A stretch of DNA of 58,976 nt from an uncultured virus (IMG/VR IMGVR_UViG_3300015607_004939) (Duplodnaviria; Heunggongvirae; Uroviricota; Caudoviricetes), in IMG/VR virus record IMGVR_UViG_3300015607_004939; one strand, given 5' to 3'. The notes beneath the pieces were generated by a model that was given only the letters and a program-made list of their open reading frames with translations, ran no database searches and was not told the origin of the DNA. Below, one piece after another: positions 29,282 to 38,584 of the stretch (positions within the stretch are counted from its first letter, which is position 1; every line of letters begins with the position of its first letter). The translations under genes and the position numbers were made by a program.

Positions 29282-29725
29282 ATGCCGACCTACGAATACC
29301 AGTGCCCCGATGGCCACGAGTTCGAGATCTTCGTGCAGACCGTCTCCGCGCGACCCGTGTCCCCTCCATGCCCGTGCACCGTCGGCACCCGTTACCGCCC
29401 CGACCTCTGCCCGGGTGCCTTCTCCCACGGCTACGACGCGGCGGCCACGTGCGAGCGGTGCCCGGAGGAGCCCGAACCGTGCGAGCTGCCCGCCAAGCAG
29501 GTCTTCCGCACCCCGGCCCAAGCCTGGATCCCGGGGGTGAACAAGGAGACGGTGTTCGACTACCCCGGCAGCAAGGTCCACAAGGCCGGCTACGTGCACG
29601 GCTATGTGGACCCGGGGGTGAAGAAGGTGAGCGCGGGGGCGGGGGGCGTCCTCAACCCGTCGACGCGGGATCGGCACCCTCTGGCGAAGGTGGTTCAGCC
29701 GGACTGGAAGGCTCCGAAGGAGTGA
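29282..29725 (+). CDS. FmdB-family zinc-ribbon protein
   Basis: MPTYEYQCPDGHEFE N-terminus; extra Cys-rich insertion. Confidence 0.75.
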   Translation: MPTYEYQCPDGHEFEIFVQTVSARPVSPPCPCTVGTRYRPDLCPGAFSHGYDAAATCERCPEEPEPCELPAKQVFRTPAQAWIPGVNKETVFDYPGSKVHKAGYVHGYVDPGVKKVSAGAGGVLNPSTRDRHPLAKVVQPDWKAPKE

Positions 29726-30119
29726 CCTCCTCGCCCTCGTCGGGCGCCCCCGAGAGGCCCTGCGCGATGGGCCCGAGCTCCGGCGAGAGCTTCATCGTCC
29801 CCAGGATCTGACGCAGGAACACGATCTGGAGCGCCTCGGTCTCGTTGTCGGCCGGGAGGTCCTGGCGGGCGAGGTGGCCGGTGAGCGAGACCCACATGTG
29901 GAAGATCGCCGAGGGGGAGAGGGCCTTCAGCGTCCTCCCATCGACGCTGGTCGTCTGGATGTGGAGCTGCGGGCCGTTGAAGAGCGCCCGCACGACCAGC
30001 ACCGCGTCCGCCGAGACGCCCCCGAGTTCGAGCGCCTCGCGCTCGGAGATCTCGGGGTCCTTCTCGTCGGCCGAGTAGAGGGTCAGCATCAGGGGGCGCT
30101 TGATGTCCAGGGGGTTCAT
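29652..30119 (-). CDS. Hypothetical protein
   Basis: Protein-like ORF; TATTCT box 9 nt upstream. Confidence 0.6.
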   Translation of the reverse strand: MNPLDIKRPLMLTLYSADEKDPEISEREALELGGVSADAVLVVRALFNGPQLHIQTTSVDGRTLKALSPSAIFHMWVSLTGHLARQDLPADNETEALQIVFLRQILGTMKLSPELGPIAQGLSGAPDEGEEVTPSEPSSPAEPPSPEGADPASTG

Positions 30120-30128
30120 GTCCTGTCG

Positions 30129-30145
30129 AGAATACGCCGTACCCT
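30129..30145. promoter_or_regulatory. Candidate bidirectional promoter centred on TACGCCGTA
   Basis: TACCCT-N6-ATG(30152) on + and TATTCT-N9-ATG(30119) on -, each starting at a terminal TA of the palindrome. Confidence 0.65.
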
Positions 30146-30151
30146 AACCGC

Positions 30152-30955
30152 ATGGCTATCACGCTCGTCAGAACGCAGTTCCTGGGTCGCAACGTCGGCG
30201 GCGGGGTCACGGCCGCCATGCGGGACGCCCTGGCCAAGGCCGAGGAGGCCCTCAAGGCCGAGCACGCCTCGCAGGCCCCTCAGGTTCCGTGGCTGGACTG
30301 GTGCGGCGTCCAGTCGATCGGCGGGTACCGGCTGAACGGCGGCCCCCACACGCGCGGCATCGCCGTGGACCTCGACTACACGGAGAACCCCTACATCGCC
30401 ACGCGCACGGCCAACCGCTACGGGGGGGAGGCCCAAGGGGCCAAGCTCCAGAAGGAGCGCCAGATGGCCGTGGCAGCGTGCGACCGGGCCGTCGCGACCA
30501 CGACTTCGCTCGTCACAGCGGATCTGGCGGCGCGCCGCAAGGGCGAGTCGACGGCGTTCGTCTGGGACCGCTTCAAGGTCGTGAGCGACGCGCTGGTGAA
30601 GTACTTCGCGCCGTACTTCCGCCACGAGGGCAAGCTGGTCTCCCGCGTGCCCGTGCCCAAGCTCGGGGAGGCCGACCTCGACGACTTCGAGCCGCTGGTG
30701 CGTTCGGGCGAGCTCGTCGTGCCCCTGGCGGGCGTGCCGCTCCAGGTTCTGATCGACTACGAGGCCGTGCGCATCCCTATGGTCATCGGCAGCCCCTCGG
30801 CCGCGCCGCGCGTCACGCGCAACCCCGCGCGCGGCTTCCTCACGATCCCCCGCCACGTGACGATCGCCCTGTGCGACGTCGCCCACATGCGCTGGGGCGC
30901 CTCGGACTTCGGCCCTGCGGAGTCAGGGGACATGATGCATTTCGACCTCGCCTGA
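30152..30955 (+). CDS. M15-family Zn peptidase, endolysin candidate
   Basis: HTRGIAVD (HxxGxAxD) and RWG..DMMHF. Confidence 0.75.
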   Translation: MAITLVRTQFLGRNVGGGVTAAMRDALAKAEEALKAEHASQAPQVPWLDWCGVQSIGGYRLNGGPHTRGIAVDLDYTENPYIATRTANRYGGEAQGAKLQKERQMAVAACDRAVATTTSLVTADLAARRKGESTAFVWDRFKVVSDALVKYFAPYFRHEGKLVSRVPVPKLGEADLDDFEPLVRSGELVVPLAGVPLQVLIDYEAVRIPMVIGSPSAAPRVTRNPARGFLTIPRHVTIALCDVAHMRWGASDFGPAESGDMMHFDLA

Positions 30956-30992
30956 CCTGTCGGCCAAAGGAAAGCCGCCGTAGGCTTCCCGG

Positions 30993-31190
30993 GTGATTAC
31001 CCGGGAAGCCTTGCGGTTGCTCGCCGACACGGGACACTTCGCCGTCTGCGACCCCTCCCCCGAGGGCGCGTGGTCGATCGAGTGCATCGGGTGCCAGCGC
31101 TACTACGAGGAGCCGTGCCTGATCTTCAGCGACAACGGCCCGGTGTGCAAGAACTGCCTGAAGGCGATCTGCGACACCTACTTCGACTAG
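30993..31190 (+). CDS. Small Zn-finger protein
   Basis: CIGC..CKNC; TAGGCT-N6-GTG. Confidence 0.55.
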   Translation: MITREALRLLADTGHFAVCDPSPEGAWSIECIGCQRYYEEPCLIFSDNGPVCKNCLKAICDTYFD

Positions 31191-31663
31191 CTGATCGCAA
31201 CGGCCTCGATCTCGTCCCAGGTCACGTAGTCGGTGCGCACCTCCATGTCGACGTGCTTGGGGTAGCACATCCACATCACGCCCGACTCCGAGACGATGCA
31301 CTGGTCGCACTCGGTGCGCGCGGGCTCGAAGGTGAACTGCACGTGCATGGGGATCCGCGTGGGTCGATCGTGCGGGAGGTACGTGAGGTCCAACTGCCGC
31401 GCGATCTGCTCGGCGACATCCTCCTTCTCGACCGGCTCGGCGCCCTCCTCGGGCTCACTGTCCTCCCCGTCCCCGACCCAGTCAGGTGTCGCATCCCAGT
31501 AGTAGTGCTCCAGGGTGTCGTGGTCCTCCTCCTGGGCCACCTCGAAACGCTTCTTGCGCGAGAGGAGCTTGTTGGCGTGGTTGGGGGTGATCTCGACGAT
31601 GGCGGCCGAGAGAGGGTTGAAGTCCCCGCCGTGGGCGGGGAGGTAGAAGCGGGTTCGGTTCAT
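31187..31663 (-). CDS. Acidic hypothetical protein
   Basis: GAGGA RBS; protein-like ORF. Confidence 0.65.
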   Translation of the reverse strand: MNRTRFYLPAHGGDFNPLSAAIVEITPNHANKLLSRKKRFEVAQEEDHDTLEHYYWDATPDWVGDGEDSEPEEGAEPVEKEDVAEQIARQLDLTYLPHDRPTRIPMHVQFTFEPARTECDQCIVSESGVMWMCYPKHVDMEVRTDYVTWDEIEAVAIS

Positions 31664-31673
31664 GGCTGTGTCC

Positions 31674-32282
31674 TCAGATGACGCTGACCCAGTAGCGGTC
31701 GAGGCGCGCCTTCACGACGGCTTCTTGGAACTGCTTGCGGTCGCACGTGAGCTCCGTGAGCGTCGTCGCGAGCGGGTAGGACCACACGAGACCGACCTGC
31801 CGGATCATCCGGCCGTGGTCGGGGCCGTAGATGTCGCTCCCCTCGATCTTCTTCCCGGTCTTCGGGTCGACCTTGTAGCTGTGGGCGTTCTCCTTGTGGA
31901 CGTACTCCCACTCCACGCGTGCGTCGAACTTGACGCCCAGCTCGTAGACCTCGTTCCAGATCTCGTGCCGGGAGTTGCGGCCGATGAACTCGGTCGTGAG
32001 GGTGAGCTCGGAGACGGGCACACCGCTGCAAGACTCGCGGATGCGGCCCTGCACCCGGAAGAAGCTGTCGGTGACCTTGTTCACTCGCTTCCAGGCCCTC
32101 GTGACCTTTCGCTCGTCGTCGGTGAGCTTCTCCTTCTCCTCCAGGTCGAAGTAGCGCTCCCAGTCCTTCTCGGTGGGATCGCCCTTCAGCTTGAGCTTCT
32201 CCTTCACCTCCCCGACCCAGGGGAATCCGGTGCCCCGGGACGTCTCGCCCAGGTTGTTGATCCAAAACACATCAGATCGCAA
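31674..32282 (-). CDS. Hypothetical protein
   Basis: Protein-like ORF in minus-strand run; start uncertain. Confidence 0.65.
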   Translation of the reverse strand: MRSDVFWINNLGETSRGTGFPWVGEVKEKLKLKGDPTEKDWERYFDLEEKEKLTDDERKVTRAWKRVNKVTDSFFRVQGRIRESCSGVPVSELTLTTEFIGRNSRHEIWNEVYELGVKFDARVEWEYVHKENAHSYKVDPKTGKKIEGSDIYGPDHGRMIRQVGLVWSYPLATTLTELTCDRKQFQEAVVKARLDRYWVSVI

Positions 32283-32285
32283 GGG

Positions 32286-32813
32286 TCACTGTCCTTCCTG
32301 GAGCCGAATCTGCTCCTCCATGAGTTCCGCCATCCGCCCGCGCCGGTTCTCGATCTCCTGCCGAAGCTGTTCGATCTCCTGCTCGATCTCCCGCGCGCGG
32401 TTGCCCGGGGACCCGGCCGGAGCCGGCGGGGCCGCCTTGGCCGCCTCGGCCGCCTCGGCCTCGGCGGCCATCTCGCGCGCCCGGAGGACCGCCTCGCGGC
32501 CAGTCGGGAACTGAACCATGCGCACCACCGTGTCGCTCACGAAGGTGGTGACGCCGTACCACCGCTTGGCGGTCCTCTTGCCCCCGCCCGAGGTGTAGTC
32601 GGCGCCGAACTCGATGGCGTCGTGCAGCGTGAGTCGGTCGATGAGGTAGTAGTACTCCCCCTTGGCGGTCGGGAAGAACGCCCGCTTCAGGCCCCCGGGC
32701 GCGGAGGGGTCGATGTCGATGCTCGCCATCCAGTTCTTGCCACGGGTGTGGGATTCGTAGATCGGCACGTCCGTCAGCGCACCCGTCTCGATCGTAAACT
32801 CCTGTTCGTTCAT
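32286..32813 (-). CDS. Hypothetical protein with C-terminal coiled coil
   Basis: ATG 32813 (MNEQEF); RGKNWMA..GGLKRAF. Confidence 0.65.
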   Translation of the reverse strand: MNEQEFTIETGALTDVPIYESHTRGKNWMASIDIDPSAPGGLKRAFFPTAKGEYYYLIDRLTLHDAIEFGADYTSGGGKRTAKRWYGVTTFVSDTVVRMVQFPTGREAVLRAREMAAEAEAAEAAKAAPPAPAGSPGNRAREIEQEIEQLRQEIENRRGRMAELMEEQIRLQEGQ

Positions 32814-32839
32814 GGTCACTTCCCTTTCGTAGGTGTCGA

Positions 32840-33172
32840 TTATTCGACCGTCGGCTCGATGAAGGTCTGCTCGCACCGCGAGCACTCGTACTCCTCGCCC
32901 GGCATGAGCGGGGTCTGGTTGTTGGCGTCCTCGGCGTCCGTGAGGCAGTTGAAGCACACGTAAGCGCCTCCCACGACGAACCCGGTCCCTTCCTCGAAGT
33001 CCCCGGGCTCGTCGTCCTCGGCGTCGTCCGGCAGCTCCGTGATGAGGGCGTCCACGTCCTGGAGGCCCCACTGGGCGAGGTAAGTCCGCGCCTCTTCGCG
33101 CGTGTCGAAGTGCTCGGGCTCGTGGAATCGGCCCGGGGTCTCGGGGTTGGGCAGGTCGACGGCGAACTTCAT
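32840..33172 (-). CDS. Acidic Zn-finger protein
   Basis: ATGA-coupled; CFNC..CSRC. Confidence 0.65.
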   Translation of the reverse strand: MKFAVDLPNPETPGRFHEPEHFDTREEARTYLAQWGLQDVDALITELPDDAEDDEPGDFEEGTGFVVGGAYVCFNCLTDAEDANNQTPLMPGEEYECSRCEQTFIEPTVE

Positions 33173-33723
33173 GACGCCTCCGGGTCGATGACCATGACAG
33201 GTTGAACGTAGTCCTGCTCGCACAGGTCGCAGCGATACGCCGTACCGGCCATGAAGGGCGTACCCGCCTCCAGGTTGTCCTTCTCCATGTCGAAGCAGGT
33301 CATACACACCGGCATGTCACCCAAGTCCATCCCGGGCCTCTCGGGGTACTTCGGGTGGTCGACGTGCGACTCCTCGGCGTTGCCGTCGTCCTCGGGCGGG
33401 TCCTCGTCCTCCGGTGGGTCCGAGTCCTCCGGGGGATCGGCGTCCTCTCCGGGGTCCGAGTCCTCGCCGGGGTCCGCGTCCTCGTTCACCTCGGGCTCGC
33501 GGTCCGCCTCGAAGTCCCCCTTCACGTCCATGTACTCCAGGGCCTTGTGCACCTCGTCGTGGCCCGTGAAGTGCCCGCCCTCGATCACGGTGACGGCTCC
33601 GGCGTGGTCGCCCCGGATCACGCCCTCGATCACGCTCATCAACGGCGTGTCGTCGCTGAACTTCTCGCGCGAGAGGACCTCCACGATCCACACGGTCTTG
33701 TACGCGCGGTCATCCATGGTCAT
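33169..33723 (-). CDS. Acidic protein with EDxDP repeats and C-terminal Zn finger
   Basis: EDADPG EDSDPG EDADPP EDSDPP EDEDPP; CMTC..CDLC. Confidence 0.65.
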   Translation of the reverse strand: MTMDDRAYKTVWIVEVLSREKFSDDTPLMSVIEGVIRGDHAGAVTVIEGGHFTGHDEVHKALEYMDVKGDFEADREPEVNEDADPGEDSDPGEDADPPEDSDPPEDEDPPEDDGNAEESHVDHPKYPERPGMDLGDMPVCMTCFDMEKDNLEAGTPFMAGTAYRCDLCEQDYVQPVMVIDPEAS

Positions 33724-33961
33724 CGGAGTCCTCCGGGTCCTCGTCCCCGAAAAAGGAACCGTCGTTGTTGACGGCGATGAGAGCCGCTTGAATCGCCGCC
33801 TTGCCACGGAGGACCTCTTCATTGGTCTGCTCGACGAGTCCGATGCAGTCACCGTCGGTCATGTCCTCCAGAAGCTCGTTCAACGGTTGGTCACCCAGGG
33901 GGTCTTCTGAAAGAATGGTCACCGTGTAAGTGGTCCTGAAGATCTTGTTAGGTCGGTCCAT
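33710..33961 (-). CDS. Small acidic protein, paralog of neighbour's N-terminus
   Basis: AAGGAGG RBS; RTTYTVTILSED..GDCIG vs KTVWIVEVLSRE..GDHAG. Confidence 0.6.
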   Translation of the reverse strand: MDRPNKIFRTTYTVTILSEDPLGDQPLNELLEDMTDGDCIGLVEQTNEEVLRGKAAIQAALIAVNNDGSFFGDEDPEDSDDHG

Positions 33962-34022
33962 ATCGCCTCCTTCAGCCCCACGAACGGGGCACCGTGGACT
34001 TCTACCCGCTTATCCTTGAGAT

Positions 34023-34403
34023 ATGGCCCTCTCGATCAGCTTCGACGGAACGCTCCTGCTCCAGCTCACCGAGGAGGCCCGGCCCACGCCCGTCCCGGTG
34101 AAGTACCAGCTCACGTACACGAAGAAGGTGATGTGGGACTTCTCCAACACCACCACCGTGACGAACCTCGCGGTGCCGCAGGCGGGCGTCGTGCACCCGC
34201 GCTTCATCCTGGTGTTCATCCGCGAGGGGGAGATCGACCTCTCCTGGGAGAGCGACGGCGACGGCGCGACCACCGTGGGCGCCAACCCCCAGGGCGGGGA
34301 CGTGCCAGTGATGATCCTCTTCCGACAGCCGCCCGACGCCTCGACCCAGCTCTACCTGTCGAGCACGGGCGTGGCGCGCGGCGCGATCTGGCTCTTCGAG
34401 TAA
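34023..34403 (+). CDS. Beta-rich hypothetical protein, possibly structural
   Basis: TATCCT-N6-ATG; isolated + gene. Confidence 0.6.
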   Translation: MALSISFDGTLLLQLTEEARPTPVPVKYQLTYTKKVMWDFSNTTTVTNLAVPQAGVVHPRFILVFIREGEIDLSWESDGDGATTVGANPQGGDVPVMILFRQPPDASTQLYLSSTGVARGAIWLFE

Positions 34404-34407
34404 CCCC

Positions 34408-34578
34408 TCAGTCCCTCTTCGCCCCGATCTTGTTGTTCACCTGGATCAGGAACGCGAGCGGGTCGCTCTTCAGGTAGTCCTCGCACGGCGGTAGCGAGTG
34501 CAGGATCGACAGGTCCTGCACCATGAACCGCCCCTCGCAGAAGGGGCAGTTGAACTCCTGCTCCGTCTCGTCGCTCAT
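34408..34578 (-). CDS. Small Zn-finger protein
   Basis: ATGA-coupled; CPFC..H..C. Confidence 0.55.
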   Translation of the reverse strand: MSDETEQEFNCPFCEGRFMVQDLSILHSLPPCEDYLKSDPLAFLIQVNNKIGAKRD

Positions 34579-35012
34579 CGAAACTGCGGCTCCTCGGTGC
34601 GCACCCGGGGGTAGGTCTCGCACGGCTTGGGCTCGGCGCACAGGCCGCTCACCACATCGACGATGCCGCCCGTCGCCGGGATCGAGAGGCCGTCGAAGAT
34701 GTCCTTGATGCCCTCGAAGCGCAGGCAGAACGGCTGGAAGCCCTCCTTGTTGGCTTCGCCGTTGAAGACGAGCAGGAAGGCGAGGTCGGTCTCGTAGCCC
34801 GTCGGGACGCGCGAGAGGATCTTCTCCTTGAAGCGCAGGCAGCCCTCGGCCAGGGGGCGCTGGGCGGTCCAGCGGTAGGTCTTGATCGCGTGGTCCCAGG
34901 AGTAGGCGAAGCCCGTCTTGGCCAGGGGGACGTACTTGTCGGGGGTCTCGTGGCGGGGGCCGACGTACAGGACCGTGAGGTCGGCCGGGGTGAGGTAGAT
35001 CTTGTCGTCCAT
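34575..35012 (-). CDS. Hypothetical protein
   Basis: CGGCG-TAGGGT-N7-ATG at 35012. Confidence 0.6.
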   Translation of the reverse strand: MDDKIYLTPADLTVLYVGPRHETPDKYVPLAKTGFAYSWDHAIKTYRWTAQRPLAEGCLRFKEKILSRVPTGYETDLAFLLVFNGEANKEGFQPFCLRFEGIKDIFDGLSIPATGGIVDVVSGLCAEPKPCETYPRVRTEEPQFR

Positions 35013-35107
35013 GAAGGCCACCCTACGCCGATCATCCGTACCGGCCAAGGTGCGGGCCAAACAAGCAGAACGCTTGCCACCCCGTCGATCGACGGGGTGT
35101 GAGTCAC

Positions 35108-35353
35108 TCAGGGTTCCCAACAGTCACTGCACGTCGAGAAACGAAGCACCCATAGGAGCCCGTTCGTGAGCATCCCCGGTTCAACCTCGTTGTCGTTGTG
35201 CTCCTGCGGCTCGTCGTAACGGACCTTGTCGGTCGCTTGCAGCCGACCGACGTAGGTGTCCCTCGGACCGCCGCACTTGTCGCAGACGATCTCGACGTTG
35301 ACCCGCTCAACCGGGGCCGGGACGGTGGTGTCGGATGTAGTCGTCAGTTCCAT
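35108..35353 (-). CDS. Small Zn-ribbon protein
   Basis: GGAGG RBS; CDKC..CSDC. Confidence 0.5.
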   Translation of the reverse strand: MELTTTSDTTVPAPVERVNVEIVCDKCGGPRDTYVGRLQATDKVRYDEPQEHNDNEVEPGMLTNGLLWVLRFSTCSDCWEP

Positions 35354-35403
35354 AGGTTCCTCCACATCCTTATACCCGCCCAGGGAGGGCGGTTTAGGAG
35401 GGG

Positions 35404-36030
35404 TCACCCGTGGTGGTGCCTGCGGTGGTGCCTGCGGTGGTGATGGCTCGGGGGAGGCTCCTCCTGACCCCCGCCCATGGCGTAGGAGGCCATCATCGGC
35501 TGGGTGAAGTGCATGGCCGGGTAGGCGATCCGCTGGCGGGCGGCGTCCAGCGCCTCCTGCTGCGCGCGCGAAGCCTCGAAGGCGTCGAAAGCCGCCCCGA
35601 GGCTCGGAAGGTACTGGTTGACGAAAGCGGCGGCGGCACCCTTCAGGAACCGAGCAGCCGTCTTCTCGGCCTGCTCGCGGTCCTGTCGTTCCTTCTTGCG
35701 CTTGTAGGCGTCACGGGCTTCGCGGTTGCGCTGGGACGCGCTCGGGGTGAGCATCCCCTTGTGCTGCCAGATGGCCTTGATCCCGATGAACGGGTCGAAG
35801 GCCACCTTCTCGGCCTGGGGCGCCGGGATGCCCAGGCGCTCATACAGCTCCTCGTGCGTCCAGGGCCGGTTCTGTGCGTGGGGCCACGCGTACGAGATCA
35901 CGTCGCGCGCCACGTCCGGGTTTACGGCGTACGCCCGCCGGAGCACGGCCAGACGGCCCTGGATGTGCTCGTACGGCTGGATCTTGTCGGCGAGCGAGAA
36001 CTCGCCGACCCCGAGGTCGAGCGGCGTCAC
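35404..36030 (-). CDS. KxA protein with His/Arg-rich tail
   Basis: EKVA, EKTA; HHHRRHHRRHHHG from a 12-bp repeat. Confidence 0.65.
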   Translation of the reverse strand: MTPLDLGVGEFSLADKIQPYEHIQGRLAVLRRAYAVNPDVARDVISYAWPHAQNRPWTHEELYERLGIPAPQAEKVAFDPFIGIKAIWQHKGMLTPSASQRNREARDAYKRKKERQDREQAEKTAARFLKGAAAAFVNQYLPSLGAAFDAFEASRAQQEALDAARQRIAYPAMHFTQPMMASYAMGGGQEEPPPSHHHRRHHRRHHHG

Positions 36031-36788
36031 ACACGCCCCCGGTCGAGCGAGGAGGAGTAGGCGCCCATGTGCTGGCGGGCGCGCATCGCTTCGAGGTCCC
36101 CGGCGTTCGGCGTGTTCGGGTTGTCGGCCTGCCCCTTCTGCGCGGCGTACTGCTGGAGGCGCCAGTTGTCGAGCCAGTCCCCGTAGCCTTGCGCGGCGCG
36201 CGTGCCGAGGTAGGCGCCGCCCGCGAAGCGACTCACGGGGTTCATGACGGCGTGGTAGGCCGTCTGCCCGAACGCCTTCAGGGGGGCCTTGGAGTCCTGG
36301 GGGATCGCGTGGATGCGCGAGAGGAGTTCGTCGGGGATCTCGTGCCCCACGGCTTCATACCTCGCGGCGGTGTCCAGCATGGACTTGCGGAGCTTCTGCT
36401 GCTCCATGTCGTGGTAGGCCGTGGGGAAGGGTCCGTTCGTCACGGCCTCGACGGCCCCCGGGGCGACCTTCTTGAAAAGCCGCCCCGCTCCGTAGCCCGT
36501 GAGGCCGCCCACCGCGCCGCCGATCGCCGCGTCGCGCGCGGCGCGCATCATGTGGTGCTCGACGGACTGCGTGGAGTCGTCGCTGCGGAAGCCGTGCACG
36601 GCGCCGACGCCCATGCCGATGCCTGCCCCCAGGGCGCTCAGGGCGCGCGGGGAGAGGGCTAGCTTCTCGTGCGCCTTCTTCGAGAGGCCCTGAACCTTCG
36701 ACATGAGGATCTCGCCCGTCAGGCGCTTGTCGATGTCGGCGATCTTGTCGAGACCGTAGCGCGCGAGCGCCGCCTGCTTGGGAGTCAT
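36027..36788 (-). CDS. KxA glycine-zipper protein starting MTPKQAALARYGLDKIA
   Basis: ATG 36788 overlaps upstream TGA (ATGA); EKLA, GAGIGMGVGA, GGAVGGLTGYGAG. Confidence 0.6.
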   Translation of the reverse strand: MTPKQAALARYGLDKIADIDKRLTGEILMSKVQGLSKKAHEKLALSPRALSALGAGIGMGVGAVHGFRSDDSTQSVEHHMMRAARDAAIGGAVGGLTGYGAGRLFKKVAPGAVEAVTNGPFPTAYHDMEQQKLRKSMLDTAARYEAVGHEIPDELLSRIHAIPQDSKAPLKAFGQTAYHAVMNPVSRFAGGAYLGTRAAQGYGDWLDNWRLQQYAAQKGQADNPNTPNAGDLEAMRARQHMGAYSSSLDRGRV

Positions 36789-37725
36789 CTCGGCCTCCGG
36801 GGCCTGGGGCTGGAAGTGATCGTAGAGGGCCTTGCCACCACGGTAGGCCGTGAGAGCGGCCGGGTCCAGACTCCCGTACTCGACCAGCTTCTTGACCGGC
36901 CGTAGGAGGAGCGAGGCGTTGTCGGCGCTCGAACGGAGCGGGTGCCGCCGTAGAGGCCCTTGAGCGCCCCGACCGTGCCCATCACCCCGTGCTCGGCGAG
37001 CGACGCGCCGATCTTGTCGAGACCGTAGCGCGCGAGCGCCGCCTGCTTGGGAGTCATCTCGGCCTCCGGGGCCTGGGGCTGGAAGTGATCGTAGAGGGCC
37101 TTGCCACCACGGTAGGTGCCGTATCCGAGGCCCGCCGTACCGGCCATGCTTCCCGCGTGCGCCGCGAGGATGGCCGTGCGAGCGGCCGGGTCCAGACCCC
37201 CGTACTCGACCAGCTTCTTGACCGGCCGTAGGAGGAGCGAGGCGTTGTCGGCGCTCGAACGGAGCGGGTGCCGCACGCCGCCGTAGAGGCCCTTGAGCGC
37301 CCCGACCGTGCCCATCACCCCGTGCTCGGCGAGCGCATCCACCAGACGGTGAAGGTCGGAAGCGAGGGCAGCCCGGCCGCGGGACGCGCCGATCTTGTCG
37401 AGACCGTAGCGCGCGAGCGCCGCCTGCTTGGGAGTCATCTCGGCCTCCGGGGCCTGGGGCTGGAAGTGATCGTAGAGGGCCTTGCCACCACGGTAGGTGC
37501 CGTATCCGAGGCCCGCCGTACCGGCCATGCTTCCCGCGTGCGCCGCGAGGATGGCCGTGAGAGCGGCCGGGTCCAGACCCCCGTACTCGACCAGCTTCTT
37601 GACCGGCCGTAGGAGGAGCGAGGCGTTGTCGGCGCTCGAACGGAGCGGGTGCCGCACGCCGCCGTAGAGGCCCTTGAGCGCCCCGACCGTGCCCATCACC
37701 CCGTGCTCGGCGAGCGACGCGCCGA
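36740..37725. repeat. Three near-identical tandem copies of a 333-bp coding unit
   Basis: Copies start at about 36740, 37009 and 37390; 48-bp insert between two copies; leftmost copy has 57-bp and 7-bp deletions. Confidence 0.9.
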
Positions 37726-38584
37726 CCTTGCTCGTGGTATGCCACTGCGGGTGGAACTTCCCCATCCCGGCGGGGTCGGTGGGCGCGAAGATCTCGGCCG
37801 GGCGGTAGCCCTTGCGCACGAAGGACTCGCGGAACTCGTCGAGGGTGCGCGACTTGGCCGCGTCCGCGTAGCCGAGCTCGCCGGCCCTGCGCGCCATGGC
37901 GTCGATCATCGAGCCGCCACCGTGGCGCATCGCCCAGCTCTCGATCGCGTGCGGCACAGTCTGTCGGGTCATCCCGGGCAGCATCGTCCCGGCCGCATCC
38001 TCCAGCATCCCGCCGTACACCGCGCCCGGCACGTGGGTGTAGCCCGGAGGGGCCGGGCGGTAGGCGGGTGCGGGGGTGCGCCGCATCGGCGCGAGCATCG
38101 TCGGCTGGGAGCGCGTGAAGGCGCGGCGTAGCGTGTCGGGGATCGTCGACAGGCGGCTCCTCACGGCCCCGAAGTCGAAGGCCGTCTTGTAGCGGTCCTT
38201 GGCGTGGGTCTCGAACTTCGGGAGGTCTCGTTGCAACTCGTCCATGTCACGGTAAACCTTACGGTGCCAGACCTCCGGGCCGTAGAGCTTGTAGATCGTC
38301 TCGCGCTCGGCGTCCGTCACGCCGACGAGGAACTTGGTCTCGTCGAGAACGTACTTCCCGTCGTCGTTCTTCCTCAGCTTCTGGAAGCTCTCCAGGTGCG
38401 GGCCCTCGTCACCCACGAAGAAGTCCAGGCCCTCGTCGTCCTCGCCCTTGTGGCGCGGGAGGTACCCGTAGTCCACCGGGTAGGTGAAGCTCTTCTCGCC
38501 GCCCCCGGGCTGGGGCCACGTCTTCACGTACCCCTTCGGGCGGTCGATCACGAAGGTGAGGCCGCCGAACGCCTTTCGCGTCAT
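36785..38584 (-). CDS. Inorganic pyrophosphatase-like (InPase) domain fused to KxA repeat region
   Basis: VIDRPKG..YPVDYGYLP..GEDDEGLDFFVG..ETKFLVG; then YKTA, SKVG and 111-aa repeats. Confidence 0.7.
   Translation of the reverse strand: MTRKAFGGLTFVIDRPKGYVKTWPQPGGGEKSFTYPVDYGYLPRHKGEDDEGLDFFVGDEGPHLESFQKLRKNDDGKYVLDETKFLVGVTDAERETIYKLYGPEVWHRKVYRDMDELQRDLPKFETHAKDRYKTAFDFGAVRSRLSTIPDTLRRAFTRSQPTMLAPMRRTPAPAYRPAPPGYTHVPGAVYGGMLEDAAGTMLPGMTRQTVPHAIESWAMRHGGGSMIDAMARRAGELGYADAAKSRTLDEFRESFVRKGYRPAEIFAPTDPAGMGKFHPQWHTTSKVGASLAEHGVMGTVGALKGLYGGVRHPLRSSADNASLLLRPVKKLVEYGGLDPAALTAILAAHAGSMAGTAGLGYGTYRGGKALYDHFQPQAPEAEMTPKQAALARYGLDKIGASRGRAALASDLHRLVDALAEHGVMGTVGALKGLYGGVRHPLRSSADNASLLLRPVKKLVEYGGLDPAARTAILAAHAGSMAGTAGLGYGTYRGGKALYDHFQPQAPEAEMTPKQAALARYGLDKIGASLAEHGVMGTVGALKGLYGGTRSVRAPTTPRSSYGRSRSWSSTGVWTRPLSRPTVVARPSTITSSPRPRRPR

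Noticed and set aside
36740..37725. CRISPR array or DGR template/variable repeats
   Set aside because: 333-bp coding units without spacers; differences are not adenine-specific; no cas or reverse transcriptase gene seen
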